Below are positions 49,067-59,598 of a DNA stretch of 64,000 bases, piece after piece. The position numbers were made by a program, and so were the translations under genes. Below the pieces are notes generated by a model. It was not told the origin of the DNA and searched no databases. It saw only the letters and a program-made list of their open reading frames with translations. The DNA comes from Mobula hypostoma. Lineage: Eukaryota. The first letter of the stretch is position 1; each line of letters starts with the position of its first letter. The stretch lies in the NCBI RefSeq assembly GCF_963921235.1, contig NC_086108.1, positions 69,504,001 to 69,568,000 of the forward strand. The letters are read 5' to 3'.

Positions 49067-50302
49067 TAAGATAAGCTTGTGAAATTGTAAATTTTAATGT
49101 ACAACTGCTTCTTGAATCCTGTTATTCAATGCTCAATTTAAAATAGTTTATTAACCACCCTTCTATCTCCCTTGGTAACTCTTTTCTTCTACTCCTCCTC
49201 CTTGATATCCTCAATATTCTATCAATAAGATAGCCAAGTAAAATGCCCCAGCACACAGTAATGATATTGTTGGACTTGTAACCAAGGTATCTGGATTAAT
49301 GATCCAGAAACAAGAGTTCAAATCGTGGAAGTAATTATTTGGTATAGAAGACTGTTATTAGTGACTATGAACCTTCCCACTTGATCTTAAAATCCCATCT
49401 AGCTCTTTAATGCCCTGTAGGATAAGAAATTTGTTAACTACACCTGATTTGGCTTATGTGATTCCAAGCAATGTAATTAATTCTTGTGCATTGTGGGAAG
49501 GCTGGTAAAATATTTAATTCAAGGGTAATTAAGAATGGGCAATAAATGGGATATTAATTTCTTGTGGAAGGATAAAAATATAATGGTGTTTGCACCATAA
49601 TGCAAATTATCTTTCTAATTAAACATTAGATAAAATAGCCAGCATTTTTACAACAGAGACGTCTCTACCATCCTGCTCCAAACTAAACAGTTTTATCACA
49701 TTTCAAGATAACCAAATATTTCTTAAACAGGATGTTTTTTAGTCTTATGTCTTTCCCCCCTTTCCAGTGTCCAACCACGACATTCAGATTTAGTTAAAAT
49801 TTAACTTGAAGCTTATGGAAGATCTGCACTTAAAGGTGCTGGACTTCCTTTACAGTCACAGAAGCACTGAAGTGGCAAACAGGACACGTTATATTGGGTT
49901 TCTTAAAATTTATCTATTTTACACACATCATCCTAACCACATTATATTACAAATGCTTCAGAATCAGGTTTAATATCACTTGCATACGTTGTGATATTTG
50001 TTGTTATGTGGCAGCCGTACTTTGCAATAAATAATAATTGTAAATTACAGTAAATATATATTTAAAGTTAAATTAAATTAGTGCAAAAAGAGGGAAAAAA
50101 GGAGCGAGTTAATGTTCATGGGTTTAATGTCCATTTAGAAATCCAATGGCAGAGGGGAAAAATTATCCATTCCAAAATTATTGAGTGTATGCTTTCAGGC
50201 TCCTGTACTCCCCCCTAATGTTAACAATGAGAAGAGACCATGAGCTTTAATTACTAATTCATCTCTCTTTGCTTTTTTTCCCCCCACACTAAAAACTGAA
50301 TA

Positions 50303-51671
50303 CAGTGGATTCTGGTTAATTGGGCAACCTTCTTATGAGGAAACTCTTAAAAAACAAAAACTAATCAAGAAAATAGCCGGGATTCCTTTCGTTTACTTAG
50401 GACTTTCGTTTACTTGGCTACGGGGATCAGGGGGTATGGAGGGAAGGCTGGTGCAGGGTTCTGAGTTGGATGATCAGCCATGATCATAATAAATGGCGGT
50501 GCAGGCTTGAAGGGCCGAATGGCCTACTCCTGCACCTATTTTCTATGTTTCTATGACTCTATATCACTTAATTGGGGCAGGGGACTGTTGCCAAAAATTT
50601 TCTAACTAGTGTCACACGTCTGCAGTTGTGTGGCGTTAAGACACTACATTGTGCTTGAAGCGAACAGTTTTTAAACAGCGCCAGTTGTGTGTGCTTCTTC
50701 TTTAAAAAAAACAATAATTTTGTCACTGACAGTTGGCAAGAAATAAGCAGTAAGACAATTCTGAACTGTTTTTCTCACTGCAGTTTCAAGCATTCAGGCT
50801 TGGAGATGTTGGACATAGTCGGGAATGAAAATGAAACTATTTCACTACTTCATTAAGTTAGGAACTTTTGAAAAATTTAAAGATACCTTGAATGTTGCAA
50901 TGTAAGTAGAGATTTGGAGGATGCAATCTTTGCAAAATTGTATGAAGCCAGTCCATTATCTGCACTAGGTGTCTTTGCTGCTTTGTTCACTTATAGTAAA
51001 TCTAAAGAACACCGCAGCATAAACTCAGCTCTCACCTGTACTGCAAAGAGCTGTTGCATACAACAGCGGGCACACCCCAGTACATCACTTCGACAGGTGG
51101 GCTAAGTCAGGTGAGGGGAGCTGGCAGGTTTTTTATCCTGGTGGGATAGGGACATTGCTTATCCTAGCATGCAAAGTCTGCTCTGGCAGACTGGGCGGAT
51201 GAAACCTATCCAATGGCCAGGAAGGGGGTTCTGCAAAGCTTTGTAGAGAGTGAAGAGCATAACAAGGCACAATCATAGTCAACCACTGCAACCAAGGAAC
51301 AGCAGTTGTGACAACCTTCATACAATTGAACCCGGACTTCCAAGGTTCGTAAGTGGAAATGCCCCAGTACAACGGCATTTCCCCACTTGAAAAACTTTCC
51401 CACCCAGGTTTCCTGTCATCGTCAGGTACAACAGACAACCACCAAACCAATTATTAGGACCTAATGCACAGTTTTATAGTACTGTAGTAGTATTAATAAT
51501 GTTCAAATTTGTTCTGCATTTCATTTAAATACATAATTTGTTACTCAGTTAAATGGTAGTTTGTGATTTTTTTTCATACCTTTTTAATTAATTTTCAGCT
51601 AATTGGGGCAGCCACTTAAATGGGCTAAAATGTATTGATCCTAATGTGTCCCAATTAACTGGGATCCACAG
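50303..51671. mobile_element. Tc1/mariner (Tigger/pogo-like) MITE carrying a CR1 3' end (~50420-50555) and an unexplained ~430-bp insert (~51021-51450)
   Basis: TA|CAGTGGATTCTGGTTAATTGGG ... CCCAATTAACTGGGATCCACAG|TA inverted ends. Confidence 0.75.
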
Positions 51672-52539
51672 TATACGGAGTACTGAATATATAGTATATA
51701 GAAGCATCTCTTCTTTTTGAGGAAGATACAACTAACCCAAGGTGACAGAGGTCCATAGTGTCTGTTACCATGTGTTATGGTGGTGGTACTGTTCTCACCG
51801 TATACTAAAGCTGTACTCAACATTCTGATACAACCTCTGAACCACATTTATGAATGAAATACCCGGGTACTCGATAGTCAACTAGTGAGCTGAGTGGAAT
51901 AAAGTCCATGAAGGAATAGCGAAAAGTCACTGAATCAAGGCTGTTTACCTGCAACAAAGTAAAGAAATTCAGGAGGTAGTGACCTAGCATTATAAAATAG
52001 CCCGATGCTGAGGAGATGGAATCCCTTTCAATTGGGAAAGATGCTCATCTGGTAATGCAGGCAATGTCAGTGCAGTCTATGGTATCTAACCTGAAAATGA
52101 CGTGCAGGGAGAGCCTGATTTATTGTGTTTCTTGTCCATTTGGGAAAGTACTTTAGCAGTTCCTCCTGGAAAGAGAATTTCAGAAATCTCCACCATGCAA
52201 CGGTTGCAACTGTGAGAAGTTGCTCATATCAAAGCTGAAGTCGGAAATGAGTACATCTCACTCAAGACATCATTTAATCAATATCATCCAGTGAAGAGTA
52301 AATTACATTGGAAAGGCGGTTCTTTCTCAGAAGGATATTAGAGAAGCAACAGGGGCTTCACAAGGATCCTATGCTTTCACTATTAATGAAAATAGCCATA
52401 TTTTAAAATTCCATTTTTATTTGATTACATAAATTTAAATTCCCTGCTGATATAGTGGGATTCAAATTCATGTCTTAGGATTAAGAGCTCAGACCTCCTG
52501 CTTGTTACCACTCCGTCACTAGAAACTCTCCTGATCATC

Positions 52540-53040
52540 AACTTCCATCCCACCAGATTCCACATTCAATTGCTCATCCTTTCACTATTTCCATCACCGC
52601 CAAAGAGATCCCCACCATCAGATATTTTTCCCATTCATCCTCTTTCAAAACTCTTAAGGGGCCATCCATTTGTAATTCCCCGATCCGCTCATCAACCTTT
52701 CCCTTACTCAAGCTGCTTTCCATGCAATCTGATGCTTTGGCCCTCTACTTTCCACCATCCAGAGACCCATACCGTCACGACAGAGAAGATGTCATTCATC
52801 TGCAATCCTTCCAATCAAGTGTACAGCTTTTCATGATGCATTCTCCTCTACATTGCAGATAAAAAAGACTAGGTGCAGTATACAGAGGTGAACCTGATCT
52901 TCTAGTTGCCAACACCTGAATTTTCCATCCCACTCCTACTCTAACCTCTTGTACTGCAGGTCACCAATCTGTCATATTAACTCAGTTTTACCCTCCACAC
53001 AAATATGTCGAGACTTACTGAGCACTTCCTAAGCTTTGCA
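52540..53040 (+). mobile_element. Highly decayed Penelope RT-end/GIY-YIG fragment
   Basis: Remnants such as ttcatctgcaatccttccaat..gtgtac, ctctacattgcaga and gttgccaacac.tgaattttccatcccactcc, consistent with GIY-YIG coding sequence. Confidence 0.45.
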
Positions 53041-53734
53041 TTATATATTTCTTTTAATACATGTCAATTAGTTTGTGTCATTCTCTAACTACTCTCACTA
53101 AACTGCAACTAGGTTTCATCAACAGCTTATGATCATGCCTAACCTGACCTTCCCTATCAGATATTCCCTTTGCCCTAATGGAAGTCTTCAGCTTGAAAGA
53201 TTATTTTTATTTCTCTTTTCACAAAAGCTGTCTGACTTGCTGAGTTTCCAGCATTTTCTGTTTTTAATAATGGTACTACTTTTTATAACTATATTTATAT
53301 AACACATTAATAAATTCAGATCTGAAATTATTCCATACTTGTGAAACCCCCTTTTACTGGGCATCTCAGAAATGCGGCTCGTTAGCCCCTAACAGCCGCT
53401 GGACTCCGTGGCGAGAAACCCCAGGCTTCATATGTCTAGGGTGTATACAACTTCAGCTCCGCCAAATCCCTGAAGTTGGGATGCCTCACCCACCCAAACC
53501 CAAGTTTGCGTGACTGCTGTGTGATTTACTGCCCCTGCAATAAATAGCCCGTCGGCAAAAAAAAACCAGCTTGTACACTGCATACAATTATAAAGAAGTA
53601 TACTTAAGAATGTTAACTTAAGCAAACAGTTAATGGAAAGAAAGATAAAAAAACAAAAAGGGCCCATTATTCTTGTCGTTCACTCATGCGCTGGACCCTC
53701 AGTCTGTGCGAAAGCACACACCACCTTTTGAAAG

Positions 53735-54101
53735 CAAACAACAGGAATTCTGCAGATGCTGGAAATTCAAGCAACACACATCAAAGTTGCCGGTGAACGC
53801 AGCAGGCCAGGCAGCATCTGTAGGAAGAGGTGCAGTCGATGTTTCAGGCCGAGACCCTTCGTCCCATGATCCTCTCGTATCCCCTTTTGCCTATCACCTG
53901 TCCAGTTCTTGGCTCTATCCCTCCCCCTCCTGTCTTCTCCTATCATTTTGGATCTCCCCCTCCCCCTCCAACTTTCAAATCCCTTACTCACTCTTCCTCC
54001 AGTTAGTCCTGACGAAGGGTCTCGGCCTGAAACGTCGACTGCACCTCTTCCTACAGATGCTGCCTGGCCTGCTGCGTTCACCAGCAACTTTGATGTGTGT
54101 T
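53735..54101. mobile_element. Penelope-like fold-back element with 15-bp TSD
   Basis: TSD ACCACCTTTTGAAAG at 53720-53734 and 54102-54116; 53773-53863 is an inverted copy of 54011-54101. Confidence 0.92.
54005..54040 (+). ncRNA. Minimal type I hammerhead ribozyme motif, core intact, predicted cleavage after C54036
   Basis: AGTC-CTGACGA-AGG-GTCTCGG-CCT-GAAA-CG-TC-GACT: stem I AGUC/GACU, CUGANGA, stem II AGG/CCU, GAAA, palindromic ACGU stem III, GUC triplet. Confidence 0.82.
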
Positions 54102-54519
54102 ACCACCTTTTGAAAGTTGCTCGAAATCCATCTTGAACAAACAGATCTCCCATGGGAGTATTGGTCCTTCCTCCTTGAACCCATTCATCTGCACAAAGCA
54201 CCTTGTGCAACAGGGACAGAATCCTCAGCTATCTTCCCCACTGTGTTCTCCCAGCTCCCGCCAAAAAAAACCTCTCCACACCACTGTTCACCAGAACCTT
54301 CTCCCAATTCCACCATCCTGATTGGCTGACACCACATTCCTAAGGTGTACAACAAAGCCTCTTACCTCAGCTCAAACCCAAACAGGGTGAAAGCAGGCAG
54401 ACTGCTGTTACAGAACTGCTAAAATTATACCCACAGCATAGCAGTAAAAACTCTAATCAGGGCGTTACATTTGCTTTACCTTGATGATTCATTGATTCAG
54501 CAGAAATGGAGATATCTGT

Positions 54520-55515
54520 CAGGTCCTCACTCATCAAGGGATCAGTGGTGTTATCATTTCAGAGGACCTGTCCTGGGACCAACATGCAAGTGCAACTACA
54601 AAGAAAGAATAGCAACCCCTCTACTTTCTTAGGAGTTTGTGAAAATTCAGCATGACATCTATAACTTTAACTAAACTTCTAGGTGTGCAGTGGAGAGTAT
54701 ATTCACCGGCTGTATCGAAGCCTGGTATGGAAATGAAAATGCCCTTGAACAGAAAATCCTACAAGAATAATGGTTTTGGCGGACTCCATCAAAGCTAAAG
54801 CCCTCCCCACCACTGAGCACATCTACACGGAGCGTTATACATGGATTCCCACTGCTACCTGTAAGGAGTTTGCATATTCTCTTTGTAACTGCATGGGTTT
54901 CCTCCCATAGTCCAAAGATATACTTTTTGGTAGGTTAATTGGTCATTGTAAATTGCCCCGTAATTAGCCTAGGTTTAAATCAGGGGATTATTGAGTGGTG
55001 CAGCTTGAAGGGCTGGAAGGGCCTTTTCCAGGCTGTATCTCAATAAAATAAAAAAAATATATAAAGCAGCATCCATCACCAGGGCCCCCACCACCCAGGT
55101 CTTGCTTTCCTCTCGCTGCTGCCATCAGGGAAGTGGTACAGGAGCCTTAGAACTCACACCACCTGGTTCAGGAATAGTTCTTACCCCTCAATCATCAGGC
55201 TCCTGAACCAGAGGGGATAACTTCACTTATCCCATCACTGGACTGTTTCCACAACCTATGGACTCACTTTGAAGGACACTTTATCTCATGTTCTCAATAA
55301 TTAACGCTTATTTATTATTATTATTTCTTTTTTTCATTTTTGTATTTGCAGTTTGTTACCTTTTGCACACTGGTTTGTCCACCCCTGTTGGTGAGGTCTT
55401 TCATAGATTCCATTATGGTTATTGGATTTATTGAGTATGCCCACAAGTAAATGAATCTCCGGGTTGTGCAGTATATGGTGACATTTATATACTTTGATAA
55501 TAAAATTTACTTTGA
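54520..55515 (+). mobile_element. Rex-Babar 3' fragment interrupted by a SINE (~54838-55060)
   Basis: VESIFTGCIEAWYG ... KAASI..GPHHPGLAFLSLLPSGKWYRSLRTHTTWFRNSSYP; the coding text is split by an A-tailed SINE. Confidence 0.75.
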
Positions 55516-58500
55516 TTACTTCTTTGTTAGCTGCAATTCTGAACTGCTTGTCTCATCACCCCACCCAAGGGAGCTGAAAAACTCCAAATACAGAAAGCAT
55601 CCAAACCCAACATAACCAACATTTAATGGTTACATTAGCACTGCCGCAAAGTAACACTGCCTAGAAATTCTTTAGAATGTGCAGTTCTTTGCCTAAACTG
55701 TCAAAGCCAATTATTTTTGACAATGTGATTAAAGTGGCTATCAATAAATCCTCCACCCATGAACTTAATACAAGACATATGTGTTTCTATGCAAAGAAAT
55801 CCTGAATTCCAACAAACATATTCATCCACTTGCACACAATTTGTGGCTTACAAGTCTGATTACCAGGCTATGGGGATCAATCACAGGGATTACCAGGTCT
55901 TTATAGATAGTGATGCTGCTGCAAAGTAACCTTATCATTAACCACGTGCATACATGTAATTGCGCACAGGATAATAAAGTCGATTTTTTGACTTTTGATG
56001 TTACTCGTTTCAACAGCCATATTCTCTCAAATTAACCAATTTTCAAAAAAGGAAAAGCAGGGAGAAGAGCATGCAATTAGGATGTGAATTAGAACCATGT
56101 GCCAGTGCACGTCATCAGTACAGTGAAATGACTAATAACTTTGGTTTACGGCAAACTTGACTCAGTAGAGATGCATTGCCTCATCTACATTACATTTCTC
56201 TCCAGTTCTCATTTTAGACATGAAAGTTTAACCAATCTAAAGCCAACAGAATGAAACATCACACAAATAAAGAATGTTAACAATGAATTGCATCAATCAT
56301 ACAGAAGGATTGTGTCAAAACCTGGCTAGCCAGAATCAAGAAATGTTTTAAAGATGGACAAGGGCCAAAGTGTTACAGATGTTACACTTGCAGATGTAGG
56401 GCTCAAAGATCTGAATTCACAGAAAAGGATCAACAATTAAATAGTTCACCAGGCTAGGCCAGATTTAATTGGATTTCTACTTTTAATATAACTGATCTGA
56501 GGGAGGTGATTGCATTCCCAGAAAATGATCTGTACTATAATTTCCCGTAACATGAAGCCAAATCATCAGTGCATGAGTCAAGAATTAGGAGTTTAAAAAA
56601 AAATAAATTTTTGTGTTGATTTGATCAGACATAAGCATTGTACCAAACTCAGGCCATCAAGAAACAAGAGATGTTTTAAACATGGACAAGAACCAGGTGG
56701 ATCTTATGTCTTGAGAAGTTGGGAAGATTGTAGCCAATTCCTCAAATTCCCTGACTTCCCTCAGCAACAAAACATTTTGAATTCTCCTCTCAAGGCTTGA
56801 ATGTACTAGGATTGTGAATGGCCAGTCACTGAGTATATTAAAGGCTAAATCTGATAAGATTTATGGACACTGTAATCAAGGGATATGACTAAAGGCATAC
56901 TATCGGCCATGACATTACCGAAAAGTGGAGGAACTTTGAAGTGCCATGTGGCTCATTCCCCTTTCATCTCTTTTGTTAATCCTGAGAAGTTTCAGCTGCT
57001 CCTCTTAGAGTGCTTAAAACATTAGCTCAACCTTTCTGCATCTTTCTTGTCATCGGCAGCTTTCACTTAATAACTACGTCCATTGTTGCCTCAAGCCCGA
57101 TTGTGTGAAGAAACTGGAATTTCAAGCCAACTTGCTAGCTTTTGGAATGAAACCTTCAATAGGATTTAGTCTTAGCTCAGTTATCACTTTGGAATAAATA
57201 GGTAGTAGATGGCCATTCAAAAGCTTGTTACACGTTTTTGTTTAAATTCAGTGCCACATAGGAAATATCATACTACCACAGTTTTTATCAGAACCATTCA
57301 TTTAAAGAGTCATCAATGCTTTCAGGTGAACACAAGTATCACACATTACCACTTAAAAACGAGCTGCTTTTCCAGTGCCTCGATCATGTTATCCTTCAAC
57401 CACTATCATTAACACAAATAATTCTTTCAGTTATGACAATGTACATGACACTTCAATGTGTGAAAACTGGTGCTGAATTTCATTACATCACATCAATGAG
57501 CAGCTCACTGACTGCAAATTACTTTGAGATGATGTTGGTATATTTTTAAAAAGGGTATATGAAAGGGAACAATGTCCATAACTGATACAGATAGTGCACA
57601 GCATTTCCCTCTTGCACTATTATAAATTATACTGTAATGCACGTCCATCAGAGTAAAGGCCACAATTTAAAGTTCACATGGAAAGCAAACTTTATTTCAA
57701 GAAAAACAACGCTGGCCAGCTTAAAATGTATGAACAATTTACTAATTTGTAAATGAAATCAGTTATCGTCATAAATAGCTGCATCTATCCGGATTCCCAG
57801 GAAGAATAATTCAGCAGTTACCTCAAAAGGTGACAATTTAGTTCAGTGGGTGAACGTCAGAACTATCATCTGGAGTCCAAATTATGCAACAGCAACACAG
57901 CTTTGTATGAGAATTTCTCACCTTCCACGTGACTCTGCACTATACACCTCCTCCACTAAGACGGTGGTTAAGCAACATATTGGAAGTCCTTTTCTCAATC
58001 CATTTTGAAATCTGGCATCAAATGCACAAATGTAATCTGGGACTATTTTTTTCCCCCACCCATATTGTGTAAAAACCTCCAGACTCCCGTTTCATAACTC
58101 TCCATTATAGTGTGATGAAAACAGAAGTGTTAAATGCATTCAGACAACCTCGCATTTGACTATCAAAATGCATTTCCCTTCTGAAGTAACCAAATATTAT
58201 TCAAAATCAAACAAATTTAATAATTTATCTAAATTACACAGTATCTTGAAAATCTGCAGTATCCACTCAATAAAAACAGACCCTGTAGCACTGGCAAATG
58301 GTGTTTTTACTGCCTGCTGTACTCAGCAATTCCGTTTTTGAAAACTGAAGCAAAATTTTTATATATATCAGAATTGCAATAATTTACAGTATTTAAAGGT
58401 ATTAAGAGTAGACATTCTCAAGCTGGTATGATGATGCTGCTAAATATAACCAAGGTAAACGGAAACAGAAGAATGAGTGGGAGGGCTCATGAAAGAATAT

Positions 58501-59427
58501 CAAATTGTACAGATTATAATATTTTGCCAAAAACCTCAAAAGACATATTAAGCAAAAATATTAGATTTGCTCTTATAATTCTCTTAGGAAGCTTTCATAA
58601 ATGTAATACAATCATTCATTTTGAATTGAATTCTACCACACAATAACAATGCAGCTACATTTCTCTGAGCTATCCTAGCTGCGTCATGCAATTGAAATCT
58701 GGTATGATGTTTAATGAAAGAATTTCACTTTGGAGCTGGTCATGATATGGAAATCCTAATGACGTTTTATCATTCATAACCAACAATAAAAAAGGTAATG
58801 TTTGCCCCTTACTATCCCCTCTTCAACTATGCTACCATCTCCATTAATGACATCTTAGTAGCTGGGGTAAACAGAACTTAATTTTAAGAAACGGCCTCCT
58901 AAACTGTTTATTGATTAACTAATGTTGATTGCTGCAAGTATCCTTAGAGCTGAGAATAATTCGATGCTCACAGGGAATCTGACAAACTGTATTAGACTCT
59001 TAAATATCAATGTGCTTGTTGATGCCTCAAGCAAAAATATTAAGCAAAAAGCTCTTGTACAAATTTTGTTCAAGCTAAAAAGTCACTGTACTTGAACAAT
59101 TAGAAAATATGCATTTGATACAACAGATTCACTATTTAGGTAATTTTTCAAATTTTTCATCTGTCTTAATAGGTATATTTGAAAATTATAAAACTTATTT
59201 TTCACCAACAGTAATCCGTATTTTTCATCTTGAAAAACAGCTACTGCTTGGCTTCAGTGAAAATTCTGCATGACCTACCTGACAGTTATCCTAACTAAAA
59301 CCCTTCACGGACAGTAAAATCAGCAAAATCTCAGCATCTGAAAAACAGTCTGAAAATCCAGCAAGGACAGCATGACTTTGCAGATGCTGATCACTTAACT
59401 TAAACAAGTGGTGCAATTAATACTTGC

Positions 59428-59500
59428 CTGGACCTCACTCGTTCGCTGCTTGACCGCTTCTTCCTTTTCTTTGATTTCCACTTCAACAGTGCTTTTCTCC
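59428..59500 (-). CDS. EPS15: EPS15 coding exon (73 nt), start of coiled coil: (R)EKSTVEVEIKEKEEAVKQRTSEVQ
   Basis: Acceptor ...ggtcttctag|G, starting in phase 2; donor CAG|gcaagt (GC donor). Peptide resembles human EPS15 REKNNVEQDLKEKEDTIKQRTSEVQ (recalled). Confidence 0.93.
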
Positions 59501-59598
59501 CTAGAAGACCAGCAAACAAGGCAAGTATACTTAAGGACATCAGCTACAGCAGGAACAGCTAACCAGCTCCCAAATCCTGACTCGCCCTTCAAATGCAT
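59428..59598 (-). CDS. EPS15: Eps15b-type alternative first coding exon: MHLKGESGFGSWLAVPAVADVLKYTCLVCWSS + REKST...SEVQ
   Basis: ATG at 59598-59596 opens 57 stop-free codons that read through the exon acceptor in frame. The first 32 aa resemble the recalled human Eps15b N-terminus MYLKSDSGLGGWITIPAVADVLKYSCIVCWSS. Confidence 0.85.

Larger units (their letters stand above)
53340..54469 (-). mobile_element. Probable solo LTR related to the 40077-44983 LTRs, interrupted by a Penelope fold-back element
   Basis: Minus strand begins TGTAACG and ends ...TTTCACA; shares ccaatcaggatggt.ga.tt, aatgggccctttt and cacacagc...cacgcaaac motifs with the Gypsy LTR. No TSD found; left boundary uncertain. Confidence 0.6.

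Noticed and set aside
53673..54136. ORFs on both strands with repeated peptides (VNAAGQAASVGRGAVDVSGRDPSS)
   Set aside because: An artefact of the inverted arms of the Penelope fold-back element.
3888..59598. Assignment to the paralog EPS15L1
   Set aside because: The peptides (KQRTSEVQ, DLQDEV, NLDFFQ.DPF, SVFGN.SFG.GFA.F) and the Eps15b-like extension fit EPS15 as recalled, not EPS15L1.
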